Source: Bryobacterales bacterium | GTDB taxonomy: Bacteria > Acidobacteriota > Terriglobia > Bryobacterales > UBA6623 | Length of the DNA stretch: 64,000 nucleotides | Direction of reading: 5' to 3' | Assembly (NCBI GenBank): GCA_041394905.1 | Contig: JAWKHJ010000013.1 | Location: 49,306-113,305, forward strand | Shown: piece by piece, positions 31,659 through 41,441 of the stretch | Position numbering within the stretch: the first letter of the stretch is position 1 | Layout of the letters: the number at the start of each line of letters is the position of its first letter | The notes under the pieces: model-generated | Databases searched by the model: none | What the model saw: the letters and a program-made list of their open reading frames with translations, nothing else | Told to the model about the DNA's origin: nothing | Position numbers and translations under genes: made by a program

Positions 31659-32711
31659 TTAATACGTCGGTACGCCGGCGCCGCGGCCGGCTTGCTCGGA
31701 GCGCGCCTCTCGTTGCGCCAACTCCAAATCGTGGTCGCACATCATCTTGACGAGGCCCGTAAAATCGACCTGCGGAGTCCAGCCAAGCTCGCGCCGCGCC
31801 TTGGTCGAGTCGCCGCACAGGCTGTCCACCTCGGCTGGACGCAGGTAGCGAGGGTCGGTCTCGACCACCTCCCTCCAGTCCATCCCCAAGTGCTCGGCCG
31901 CCGTCTCGAGGAACTCGTGGACGGAATGCTGTTCGCCGGTTGCGATTACGTAGTCTCCCGGCTTTTCCTGCTGCAACATGCGCCACATCGCTTCCACGTA
32001 GTCGCCGGCGAAGCCCCAGTCGCGCTTGGCGTCACGATTGCCCAGGTAGAGCTTCTGCTCGAGCCCGGCCTTGATGCGGGCCAGCGTGCGGGTGATCTTG
32101 CGAGTCACGAACGTCTCGCCACGCTTGGGCGACTCGTGGTTGAACAGGATGCCGTTCGAGACAAACAGGCCGTGCGCCTCGCGGTAGTTCACACTGAACC
32201 AGTGCGCGGCGACCTTGCTGACGGCGTATGGGCTTCGCGGGTGGAACGGCGAATCTTCGTTCTGCATCGGCGGTGTCGAACCGTACATTTCGCTCGATCC
32301 CGCCTGGTAGACCTTCGTGCGTTTGCCAGCCTGTTGTTCGAAATCACGCACTGCTTCGAGCAGACGCAGCGTGCCCAGGCCCACGATGTCCGCCGTGTAT
32401 TCCGCTTGCTCGAAGCTGACCATGACGTGCGATTGCGCGGCGAGATTGTAGATCTCGTCCGGGCGCACGCGGCTGAGCACGCGCCGCAGGCCCGCGCCGT
32501 CGGCCAAATCGCCGTAGTGCAGGCGCAATCGCACGTTTGGCTCATGCGGATCGCGATAGATGTCGTCTAGGCGCGCGGTGGAGAAGCTGCTCGACCGGCG
32601 CATGATGCCGTGAACCTCGTAGCCCTTCTCGAGCAAAAGGCGCGCGAGGTAGGAGCCGTCCTGCCCGGTGATGCCCGTAATGAGCGCGATTTTGCGTGTT
32701 TCCGGCGGCAA
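31659..32711 (-). CDS. gmd: GDP-mannose 4,6-dehydratase
   Basis: 350 aa. [33 protein letters not shown] and [19 protein letters not shown] motifs. Stop is 1 nt before the fcl start. Confidence 0.95.
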   Translation of the reverse strand: MPPETRKIALITGITGQDGSYLARLLLEKGYEVHGIMRRSSSFSTARLDDIYRDPHEPNVRLRLHYGDLADGAGLRRVLSRVRPDEIYNLAAQSHVMVSFEQAEYTADIVGLGTLRLLEAVRDFEQQAGKRTKVYQAGSSEMYGSTPPMQNEDSPFHPRSPYAVSKVAAHWFSVNYREAHGLFVSNGILFNHESPKRGETFVTRKITRTLARIKAGLEQKLYLGNRDAKRDWGFAGDYVEAMWRMLQQEKPGDYVIATGEQHSVHEFLETAAEHLGMDWREVVETDPRYLRPAEVDSLCGDSTKARRELGWTPQVDFTGLVKMMCDHDLELAQREARSEQAGRGAGVPTY

Positions 32712-32733
32712 GTTACTATCCTAGCGACTACAG

Positions 32734-33888
32734 ATGCGGATTGTTTTCCATCTGAAATACTTCCGTGCAGGGCGTATCGGGGGACAGGAGTCGGTCATCC
32801 GCCAGCTTGCCGCCGGGCTGGAGCGGAACCCGCTTGCAACAGGCCAACGGTTGGTTGCTCTATGCCCATCTGAGGAGAGCGCCGCCGTCGAGGGTATCTG
32901 CCACTGGGACGCCGTCGAACTCATCGCGGCCGACGGAGGCGATCGTGGCATGGCGCAGGCGTTATCCAAGGTCGCGCCCGACCTCTACGTCTGCCCGATG
33001 GCGATCGTCGAGCCCCCCGATCCACGCTGCCCGACCGTGGTGGGCGTACCGGATTTGCAGCACGAAACTTACCCCGAGTTCTTCCCCGTGGATGTCCTCG
33101 CCAACCGCCGCAAGAGCTATGGCAACGCGATCCGCCGTGCCGATCTCGTACTCACTTTGTCCGAATATGCGCGAGGTACGATCCGCGCTTGCTATCCCGA
33201 GGTCACGCCGGATCGCGTGATTGCGGCCCACCCCGGGCTCGCGCCGTCCTTCGCCGCCGCGTTGGCGTCTCCGGATGCAGATACGCCCCACAAGCTGGCG
33301 CTACCCCCCAATTACCTGCTATTCCCAGCAAACTTCTGGCCCCACAAGAACCACTCGACGCTGCTGCGGGCTCTGGCGAAGCTGCGCGGTCAGGGCTGCA
33401 CGCCCTTTCTCGTGTTGACGGGCGATCCAGGTTCGGGCTTCGAGCGCATCGAGAACGAGATCCGCTCATTAGGGCTCGAAAGTCAGGTACGCTTCCTTGG
33501 GCGGGTCGAGACGCGAGAATTCGTCTCCCTGCTGCGAGGCGCGCGGGCGCTCGTGTTTCCGAGCCTGTATGAGGGCTTCGGGCTGCCGATTCTCGAGGCG
33601 TTCCACTGCGATACGCCCGTGCTTTGCTCCAACGCGGCGAGTTGCCCGGAGGTGGCCGGGGACGCGGCGCTGCTCGTTAATCCGCATTCGCTCGACGAAT
33701 TGGCGGACAAGCTGCGGCACATCTGGGAAGACGCCGAGCTACGCGCCGATTTGGTCGTGAGAGGCCGCCGCCGCAGGGAAGAGCTCGCTGCCGCGAGCAG
33801 CTTCGAGAAGATTCGTGCGGCGCTGCTGTGGGCGCTCAACAATCCCAAACCACGCCCGGGCATTCTGAGACGCCTATTCGGCGGCTAA
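32734..33888 (+). CDS. glycosyltransferase family 4 (GT-B)
   Basis: 384 aa. C-terminal ALVFPSLYEGFGLPILEAFHCDTPVLCSN motif (the E-x7-E region). Confidence 0.85.
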   Translation: MRIVFHLKYFRAGRIGGQESVIRQLAAGLERNPLATGQRLVALCPSEESAAVEGICHWDAVELIAADGGDRGMAQALSKVAPDLYVCPMAIVEPPDPRCPTVVGVPDLQHETYPEFFPVDVLANRRKSYGNAIRRADLVLTLSEYARGTIRACYPEVTPDRVIAAHPGLAPSFAAALASPDADTPHKLALPPNYLLFPANFWPHKNHSTLLRALAKLRGQGCTPFLVLTGDPGSGFERIENEIRSLGLESQVRFLGRVETREFVSLLRGARALVFPSLYEGFGLPILEAFHCDTPVLCSNAASCPEVAGDAALLVNPHSLDELADKLRHIWEDAELRADLVVRGRRRREELAAASSFEKIRAALLWALNNPKPRPGILRRLFGG

Positions 33889-33920
33889 CCCATACGGACT
33901 GCCCGCAATACAATGAACAC

Positions 33921-34805
33921 GTGGCCCGTCCGGTCTCCATCTCGATCGTCACTCCGACGCTGAACCAAGCGGCGACCATCGAAGAGACCATCCTTTCCGT
34001 GCGCGACCAAGGCTATGAGCGCGTCGACCACGCCGTCATTGATGGCGGCAGCACGGACGAGACCGTCAGCATCCTCGAGCGCTACCCACATTTGCTGTGG
34101 GTCTCCGAGCCCGATGGCGGCCAGTCCGACGCCATCAACAAAGGTTTGCGACGCGCCGGCGGCGACGTCGTGGCGTACCTGAACTCTGACGACGTCTACC
34201 GCCCCGGCGCCTTCGAAGCCGTCAACCAGGCCTTCCAGGACCCCGAATGTTTCGTGCTTGTCGGCGAGTGCGACGTGATTGACGCCGCCGGCAAAACCAC
34301 CGGCGTCTACCTCGCGCAGCTCGACGCGCGCGAAGACCTGTTGCGCTGGTGGAAGTGGAACCAGGGCGTCTGCATCCCGCAACCGTCGGTGTTCATCCGC
34401 CGCACTGCGCTCGAATCCGTCGGCCTGTTCGATGTGGACTACCACATGGCGATGGATCTGGAAATGTGGATGCGCCTCGCCAAAGTCTTTCCCTTCACCA
34501 TGGCGCGCAAGACCCTCGCCGGCTTCCGCGTAACGCCGGAGACCAAGACCAGCCGCCGCCGTGCTGACAAGGTGCTCGAATGCGACCGCGCAGCGCGCGC
34601 CCACATCGACCTCGCCCCCGCCGAGGCGCGCGACGAGCTGCTCGAAGAGCTCGACCGCGAGGCCGCCGGCCACTTGTTGACCATCGCCGACGAGCTGGGC
34701 GACCGCTCCGTGCTGCGCAAGGCGTTCTCGTTCTCGGGCGCCGTAGCCGGTTCGGGCCGCTTTTGGAAGACCCTGGTGGCGCCCAGACCGCGACCGACAG
34801 CATAA
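33921..34805 (+). CDS. glycosyltransferase family 2
   Basis: GTG 33921 gives VARPVSISIVTPTLNQAATIEETILSV..VIDGGSTDET..YLNSDD (DxD region). The ORF track starts at 33828, overlapping the upstream gene. Confidence 0.85.
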   Translation: MARPVSISIVTPTLNQAATIEETILSVRDQGYERVDHAVIDGGSTDETVSILERYPHLLWVSEPDGGQSDAINKGLRRAGGDVVAYLNSDDVYRPGAFEAVNQAFQDPECFVLVGECDVIDAAGKTTGVYLAQLDAREDLLRWWKWNQGVCIPQPSVFIRRTALESVGLFDVDYHMAMDLEMWMRLAKVFPFTMARKTLAGFRVTPETKTSRRRADKVLECDRAARAHIDLAPAEARDELLEELDREAAGHLLTIADELGDRSVLRKAFSFSGAVAGSGRFWKTLVAPRPRPTA

Positions 34806-34816
34806 GGTTCTACCCG

Positions 34817-36850
34817 ATGTCCAATCCACTGACCGAAATTCGCTTTCGCATCCCCTTCGACGCCATACAGGCCGAGCATGTGGAGCCTGCCGTAGACGAG
34901 CTGCTCGCCGAAGCCCAACAGCGCCTCGAGACGCTCGCCTCGTCCGATGCGGTGCGCACGTTCGACAACACATTGCTCGAGCTCGAGCGGGTCACGGAGA
35001 AGCTCAGCTTCGCAATGGGCGTCGTCGGGCACCTCGAGTCCGTGCGCACCACGCCCGAGCTTCGCGCCGCCTATAACGCGGTGCAGCCCAGAGTCAGCGC
35101 CTTCTACACTGGCATCGCGCTCAATGAGGGTCTCTGGAACCAGCTCAAGCGCTACGCTTCGACGGACGAGGCCGCCGCGCTCAGCCCCATCCGCAAACGC
35201 TTTCTCGACAAGACCATGGACGATTTCCGGCGTTCCGGCGCCGATCTCGACCCCGCCGGCAAGAAGCGTCTGGAAGAGATCAACATCGAGCTCACCAAGC
35301 TGACGACCAAGTTCAGCGAGAACGTGCTTGACTCGACCAACTCCTTCGAGCTGATCCTCGACGACGAAGCGCGCCTCTCCGGCCTGCCCCCGAGCGCCCG
35401 CGAGCAAGCGCGCGAGAGCGCCAAGGCAAAGGGCAAGGAAGGCTGGCGCTTCACTCTGCAAGGCCCAAGCTATATCGCGTTGATGACCTATCTCGACGAC
35501 GCGAACATCCGCGAGGAGGTCTGGAAGGCGCATTCCACGCGGGCAACGTCGGAGAAGTACGACAACCGGCCCTTGATCGCACGCATTCTCGAGCTGCGCC
35601 GCGAGAAGGCCAACCTGCTCGGCTACGACAACTTCGCCGACCTCGTGCTCGAAGATCGCATGGCCAAATCCGGCCGCCGCGCGCAGGAGTTTTTGAACGA
35701 CCTGCACGAGCGCACGCAGAAGGCCTTCCACGACGAAAACGAGAGGCTACGCGGCTTTCGCATGACGCTCGAAGGCGCCTCCGCCGTCCACATGGAGCCG
35801 TGGGATGTCGCCTACTACGCCGAAAAGCTGCGCAAGGCCGAGTACGACTTCGACGAAGAGGACTTGAAGCCTTACTTCTCCTACGAGGAGGTCAAGAAAG
35901 GCCTGTTCGAAGTTGCGCAGCGGCTGTTCGGCATCGAAGTACGCCGCGAGGAAGGCGCGCCCGTCTGGCATCCCGACGTACAGTACTACGGCGTCTACGA
36001 TGCGGACGGCTCGCAAATGGGCTGCTTCTACGCCGACTACTTCCCGCGCGAGGACAAGCGCGGCGGCGCCTGGATGGACAGCTTCCTCACCGGCCGTCAG
36101 CTGCCGAGCGGCTGGGAGCCCCTCCTCGGCCTGTTGTGTGGCAATCTCAACCCGCCCACCTCGGACAGGCCCGCGCTGCTGAGCCACCGCGACGTCGAAA
36201 CGCTCTTCCACGAATTCGGCCACCTGCTGCATCATCTGCTCAGCAGGGTCGAGATCCGCTCGATGAGCGGAACCAGTGTCGCCTGGGACTTCGTCGAGCT
36301 ACCCAGTCAGATCATGGAGAACTGGTGCTGGGAGCGCGAAGCGCTCGACCTGTTTGCGAAGCACTACGAGACCGGCGAGCCCATCCCCGACGAGCTGTTC
36401 GAGAAGATGAAGCGCGCGCGCACCTTCCGCGCCGCCAACTTCCAGATGCGCCAGCTCAGCTTCGGCGTGCTCGACCTCAACCTGCACATCGACTACAACC
36501 CCGAGCGCGACGGCGACGTCATGAAGTACGCCTTCAAGATCCACCGCGAGTTCGCCTCGGCGCCGCTGCCCAAGGACTACGCCATGATCGCGGCCTTCAC
36601 CCACCTGTTCGCGAGCCCAGTGGGCTACGGGGCGGGGTACTACTCCTACAAGTGGTCGGAAGCCCTGGACGCGGACGCCTTCAGCCGCTTCGCGCACGAA
36701 GGCGTCTTCAACCGCGAGACCGGCATGGCCTTCCGCCAGTCGATCCTCGCCCGCGGAGATAGCGAGGACCCGGAAGCGCTGTTCCGCGAGTTCATGGGTC
36801 GCGACCCGGACCCGCAGGCGCTTTTGCTGCGGTTGGGCCTGGCGGCGTAG
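34817..36850 (+). CDS. M3-family oligopeptidase (oligopeptidase A / dipeptidyl carboxypeptidase-like)
   Basis: ATG 34817 gives MSNPLTEIRFRIPFDAIQAEH. HEFGH zinc motif (TLFHEFGHLLHH), followed by ..ELPSQIMENW. Confidence 0.9.
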   Translation: MSNPLTEIRFRIPFDAIQAEHVEPAVDELLAEAQQRLETLASSDAVRTFDNTLLELERVTEKLSFAMGVVGHLESVRTTPELRAAYNAVQPRVSAFYTGIALNEGLWNQLKRYASTDEAAALSPIRKRFLDKTMDDFRRSGADLDPAGKKRLEEINIELTKLTTKFSENVLDSTNSFELILDDEARLSGLPPSAREQARESAKAKGKEGWRFTLQGPSYIALMTYLDDANIREEVWKAHSTRATSEKYDNRPLIARILELRREKANLLGYDNFADLVLEDRMAKSGRRAQEFLNDLHERTQKAFHDENERLRGFRMTLEGASAVHMEPWDVAYYAEKLRKAEYDFDEEDLKPYFSYEEVKKGLFEVAQRLFGIEVRREEGAPVWHPDVQYYGVYDADGSQMGCFYADYFPREDKRGGAWMDSFLTGRQLPSGWEPLLGLLCGNLNPPTSDRPALLSHRDVETLFHEFGHLLHHLLSRVEIRSMSGTSVAWDFVELPSQIMENWCWEREALDLFAKHYETGEPIPDELFEKMKRARTFRAANFQMRQLSFGVLDLNLHIDYNPERDGDVMKYAFKIHREFASAPLPKDYAMIAAFTHLFASPVGYGAGYYSYKWSEALDADAFSRFAHEGVFNRETGMAFRQSILARGDSEDPEALFREFMGRDPDPQALLLRLGLAA

Positions 36851-36853
36851 CGT

Positions 36854-37969
36854 CTACGCCACCCGATACTTCGCGATCGCCTCTTCGTCCAGGTCCACGC
36901 CCAGGCCCGGCGCATCCGGCATCTTCACCATGCCGTCCACCGCCTCGATGCGTTGCCGCGTCACGTGGTCGCGCAGCGTCGTCTCTTCCTCGGCCACGAA
37001 CTCCAGAATCAGCGCGTTCGGGATCGAGTTGAGGAAGTGCAATGCCGCGGCCACGTTCACGTACGTCGTGAACCCGTGGTTCGCCACCGGCAGCCCGCGG
37101 TCGCGCGCCAGCGCCGCAATCTTCACCGCCTCGGTAAAGCCGCCGCAGCGCGTCAGGTCCACCTGAACGACATCCACCTTGCCGCGGTCCATCAGCTCGA
37201 GGAACGACTTGCGCTCCGACTCCTCTTCACCCGCCGCAATGCGCACGTCCACAGCCTCGCTCAGCCGCCGATAGCCGTCGTAGTCGTCCGGCAACAGCGG
37301 CTCTTCGAGCCAAAAGATGTCGTAGTCTTCAAAGGCCCGCGCCCGCCGGATCGCCGTCTTGGCATCCCACACCAGACCCGCGTCCACCAGCAGGTCCGCC
37401 TTGCCCAGTCCCTTGCGCGCCTCGCGCACCAGCGCAACGTCGGTCTCTTCGTCCTGGCCCATCGGGTCCCAGCCGAACTTGACCGCCGTGAAGCCCCTGT
37501 CGACGTAGCGCTGGGCAAGCTCGCGCGTGGCCTCCGGCGTCGGCCCCCACAGCGAGCTCGCATACGGCCGGATCGCCTTGTGAAAGCCGCCGCCCAGCAG
37601 CTTCCAGATCGGCATGCCGAGCGCCTTGCCTTTGATGTCCCACAGCGCGATGTCGATGCCGCTCATCGCGTGCAGCCCCACTCCACGGCGGCCGCCGTAG
37701 ATGTTGCCGCGGTACATCTTGTGCCAGATCTTTTCCGTCTCGAAGGGGTCTTCGCCGATGACGAGCTCGCGGAGCCCGGCGGCGGTTGTGTGCGAGAACG
37801 GCCCTTCGATGGCGCCTTTCACCGCCATCGGGTTGGAGTCGACTTCGCCGATGCCGGTGATCCCGGCATCCGTCTCCACGCGCACGATCAGCGCATCCTG
37901 GCCGGAATCGCACTGCTCCTTGACCTGAGGCAGCCGCAGGTAGATCGCTTCGACGTTGGTGATTTTCAT
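36854..37969 (-). CDS. enolase-superfamily enzyme (mandelate racemase/muconate-lactonizing family, acid-sugar dehydratase-like)
   Basis: 371 aa. MKITNVEAIYLRLP.., ..AVKFGWDP.., LLVDAGLVWD, FWLEEPL and VDVVQVDLTRCGG motifs. Confidence 0.85.
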   Translation of the reverse strand: MKITNVEAIYLRLPQVKEQCDSGQDALIVRVETDAGITGIGEVDSNPMAVKGAIEGPFSHTTAAGLRELVIGEDPFETEKIWHKMYRGNIYGGRRGVGLHAMSGIDIALWDIKGKALGMPIWKLLGGGFHKAIRPYASSLWGPTPEATRELAQRYVDRGFTAVKFGWDPMGQDEETDVALVREARKGLGKADLLVDAGLVWDAKTAIRRARAFEDYDIFWLEEPLLPDDYDGYRRLSEAVDVRIAAGEEESERKSFLELMDRGKVDVVQVDLTRCGGFTEAVKIAALARDRGLPVANHGFTTYVNVAAALHFLNSIPNALILEFVAEEETTLRDHVTRQRIEAVDGMVKMPDAPGLGVDLDEEAIAKYRVA

Positions 37970-38049
37970 AGGGCCGAGGACCAGTAGAGCACAACGCGAC
38001 GCACGCGCTCACGCACGCGCCTCGGTCTCTCCGCTTCCGCGCGCGCCTG

Positions 38050-39572
38050 CTATCGCGGGAATGCCGCGCGCTTCTGCTCGTAGACTTCGCGCGCCTGGCG
38101 GTACAAGCCCAGCATGGCTTCGCGCTCGCGGTCGTTCGCAAAGCGCTTCTCGTCCTGCTCAGTCTGCCGGATCAGCTCGTCGATCCAGTTGATGAAGAAT
38201 TCCGCGTCGCTGCGTACGCCGAACGGCGCGTCCACCCAATAGGGCTGCGAATGCGCCATCCGCACCGTGTCGGCGCTCTGCTCGAACGCCCGCACGGCGA
38301 TCCACGAATAAAGCCCTCCCGCGACGCTCAGCTCCGTGCGGAACGAACGCTTGCCCGGAGGCGCGCCGAAGGTCTGGATGACCACGCCGTTCGCCACGAC
38401 TTCCACGCGGTCGAGCGGATCGCGCGAGCGGACGTCTACCAGCACGCGAATGCTGCCTCCGGGCTGCTCGAACGCCTCGAAGAACAGCATCGGCCCGTTG
38501 GTAACGAAGCTCTTGCCCTGGCGCAACTCGCGGTAGACTCGCCCACCCCTGAACGGCTCGTTGAGCTGCACGTAGATGCGGTTGTAGCCCACCGGGTTCG
38601 GCAGCACGCCGGACGCTGGAGCCCGCCGAAGCCGGCACGCGGAAGCCCAGGTCCTCCAGTAGCGTAGCTGAGCTCGATGAGCTCGGCGAAGCCCGACGCT
38701 CCCGGGCGCTTCTCCTCGTCGCGCGCCCGTCCCCAGGCCTCGTTCGCCAGCACGCCGTACTGGTTGAAGTGGTTGTGCAACAGTCCCAGCGAGTCGGGCT
38801 GTTCGAGCGCCATCACCACCGGAACTTCCCACCAGAACGGTTTCTCGACGTCGATCCAGGGCATGCCGGTCGGCACGTAGCGCTGCGCCTTGGCCTTCTG
38901 GATGAAGCCGACGCCTGGCGGACAGCGGCCGTCGACCGCCAGCCCCAGCTTCTCGCGTAGCCCGTGGAACATCCAGGCCCCGCCACCGCGCTCATCCTCG
39001 GCGTTGTTCACCGTGTAAATGTGCGTTGGGTCTACCTTGAGCGCCGAGTTGCGCGGGATCTTGCGGCCTTCGAACAGGTCGCGCTTGTTCCACATGGTGA
39101 AGACCACGCCCAGGTTCAGGCCTTCGGCTTGCAGCAGCGCCGGCAAGTCGTCGGGCGGCCGGTGGACGTGAAAGTCTCCCGAAAACCAGCCCATCTCGTT
39201 CATGTCGATCCAGCGCTCGTTTTCGAGCTTGACGAACGCGGTGACTCCGTCCTTGACCGTAACCGGCACTTCCAGGCGGTTGAACTCCGGTCCGCGCTCG
39301 GAGACCACCCGGTAGTCGCCCGGCGGCACGTCGAGCTTGATCTCCCCCTGGGCGACGAAGGAGCCGACATACCACGGTCCGCCCATCGGTACGTTGCGCG
39401 CCGTTTTGTCGCGCAACGGGAACTGCGGTTGGAACATGGCCCCCTGTGAATTGCGCACCTCGATGCGCGACCACACGGGGTTACCTTGCATGTCCACGCT
39501 CTCCAGGCGCAGCTCCGCGGCCACGCCCGGCAATGCGGACAGGATGAGCACTAGGGGGACAAATCTCCGCAA
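38050..39572 (-). pseudogene. secreted PHP-type (CehA/McbA-like) metallohydrolase, two frame changes within 38615-38665
   Basis: ORF 38436..39572 (signal peptide, WFSGDFHVHR) and ORF 38050..38832 (..ASGVLPNPVGYNRIYV..) are bridged by a third frame reading ATLLEDLGFRVPASAGS. Confidence 0.65.
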
Positions 39573-39615
39573 AACGCCTCCGGGCAGCCTAAACGCAGGT
39601 ATAGGCTGCCCGGAG
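39571..39615 (-). terminator. strong hairpin (12-bp perfect stem) with U-tract on the minus strand, after the Spy-like gene
   Basis: CTCCGGGCAGCC (39578-39589) pairs with GGCTGCCCGGAG (39604-39615), with a 14-nt loop. The minus strand continues GCGTTTTGCGG. The U-tract contains the predicted TTG start (39572) of the downstream hydrolase. Confidence 0.55.
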
Positions 39616-39695
39616 TATATCGGCGATTCAGCCTTTCTCGTACTCGGGGATTCGGCCCAGATTTCCGCAGGGCTGGGCCTGACGCTGCATCCGGA

Positions 39696-40223
39696 CTAGC
39701 GTCCGCCGCGCCCTGGTCCCCTGCCGCCGCCCGGCCCGGGTCGTCCTCCGCCGAAGCCGCCGGTGTGCTCTTCGGTCGATTCGAGCAGCAGCAGGCCGAT
39801 GCCCTCGCGGACTTCCTTCATCAGGGTTTCAGCCGCGACCAATTCACCCAGTTGCGCCTGTTGGGTGCTGTCCAGGCAGCCTTTGGCGCTGGCAATGTAG
39901 GTGGTCCGCAGCGAGCTGAGCTGGGCGACGAGCGCGTCGACGGCGGCCTGTTGCGAGCTGGTGTCTTCTCCGTTTCGCGTGGCGTCGCGCAGAGCCCTCT
40001 GCGCAGTGCGCAGCTCGTCCACGGTGGGAGCTGCGGCGTCGCGCAGGGCGCTCACGTTGTCTTGCAGGCAGGTCACTTGGGAGTCGGTCAGGTTCAGGTG
40101 GGCGACGATGTCGTCGAACCGGGAAGAGGGGTCCGGCATGTCTTCCGTTTGCGCCAGAAGCGCGCCGGCGGCGAGCATGGCCGCACAAGTAAGGGTCAGT
40201 AGCTTTCGCAATGTATCCTCCAA
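39696..40223 (-). CDS. secreted helical protein with LTxxQ-like motifs (Spy/CpxP-like) and Gly/Arg/Pro-rich tail
   Basis: Signal-like N-terminus. NLTDSQVTCLQ and LDSTQQAQL motifs. The C-terminus is GGFGGGRPGPGGGRGPGRGGR. Confidence 0.5.
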   Translation of the reverse strand: MEDTLRKLLTLTCAAMLAAGALLAQTEDMPDPSSRFDDIVAHLNLTDSQVTCLQDNVSALRDAAAPTVDELRTAQRALRDATRNGEDTSSQQAAVDALVAQLSSLRTTYIASAKGCLDSTQQAQLGELVAAETLMKEVREGIGLLLLESTEEHTGGFGGGRPGPGGGRGPGRGGR

Positions 40224-40367
40224 ATGGGGTTCAAGAGATTCGGCGTTTTTGCGCCGTTAGAACCATGAACGCGCCCTTGCACCAGTGAGTTGCGGAGGCT
40301 TGTAAACCCCCGGTAAAGCTCTTGTAAACCCTTGCAGAAGCGCCTGCGCGCTACAATTCGAAAGCCC

Positions 40368-41441
40368 ATGCGACTCCCCGTTTTCGCTCTTCTCGCGGCC
40401 CTCGCCGCGCCGCTGGCCATGTCCGCAGCCAAACCCACCATCGCGTTCGTCGGCCTGCGCCACTCGCACTGCTGGCGCCAGCTCCAAAACGTCAAGGACC
40501 GCGCCGACGCCATCGAGCTCGTGGGTATCGCCGAGTCCATCCCCGAGCTCGTCGCCGAGGCGAAAAAGCTTCACCCGGGTCAGTACTTCACCGACGACTA
40601 CAAGCTACTCGTGGAGGAGCGCAAGCCCGACATCGTCTGGGCCTTCGTCGAGAACAACCGCCACCTCGAAATCCTCGAATACATGGCCCCGCTCGGTATC
40701 CACGTCATCTTCGAGAAGCCCCTCGCCTCCAACTACGCCGAGGCCAAGAAGATGCAGGCGCTCGCCAAGAAATACGGGGTGGAGGTGATGACGAACTACC
40801 AGATGGCCTGGTGGCCGACCAACCAGGAGATCAAGCGCCAAGCCGACGCCGGCGCCGTCGGCGACATCTGGCGCATGCACGGCATCGTCGGCCACGGCGG
40901 CCCCGGTTCGGAGGGCCCGCGTAGCAAGTACTTCTTCGCCTGGCTCACCGATCCGGTCAAAAACGGCGCCGGCGCGCTGGTCGACTTCGGCTGCTACAAC
41001 GCCATCTGGGCGCTCTGGATCAAGGGCCGGCCCCAGTCCGTCTATGCCCAGGTCGAGCATTTGCAGCCCCAGCGCTTCCCCAAGGTAGAGGACAGCTCGC
41101 TGATGGTGCTCGACTACCCCGACGGCGTGGGCATCTTCGAAGGGAGCTGGGACCTGCCTCGCAGCTTCCAGGACCTCGAGCTATTCGGCCGTGAAGGCAG
41201 CCTCCACATGAACCGCGACGCGGTCACTCTGCGCAAAGGCCGCCGTGGCGAAGCCGAGACCGTCAAGGAGACGCCGCTGCCCGAAGCGCGCCTCGACCCG
41301 CTGCTCTACATCGCCGACGTCGTTGCCAACCATAAGCAGGTCGACAATATCATGGCGATCGACATCAACGCCGCCGCCGTCGAGATCCTTGACGCCGCCA
41401 AGCAATCCATCGCCACCGGAAAGCCGGTGAAGCTCCAGTGA
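40368..41441 (+). CDS. Gfo/Idh/MocA-family oxidoreductase with signal peptide
   Basis: MRLPVFALLAALAAPLAMSAAKPTIAFVGLRHSH has a signal peptide followed by the Rossmann start. EKPLA motif. The ORF track starts at TTG 40332. Confidence 0.8.
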   Translation: MRLPVFALLAALAAPLAMSAAKPTIAFVGLRHSHCWRQLQNVKDRADAIELVGIAESIPELVAEAKKLHPGQYFTDDYKLLVEERKPDIVWAFVENNRHLEILEYMAPLGIHVIFEKPLASNYAEAKKMQALAKKYGVEVMTNYQMAWWPTNQEIKRQADAGAVGDIWRMHGIVGHGGPGSEGPRSKYFFAWLTDPVKNGAGALVDFGCYNAIWALWIKGRPQSVYAQVEHLQPQRFPKVEDSSLMVLDYPDGVGIFEGSWDLPRSFQDLELFGREGSLHMNRDAVTLRKGRRGEAETVKETPLPEARLDPLLYIADVVANHKQVDNIMAIDINAAAVEILDAAKQSIATGKPVKLQ

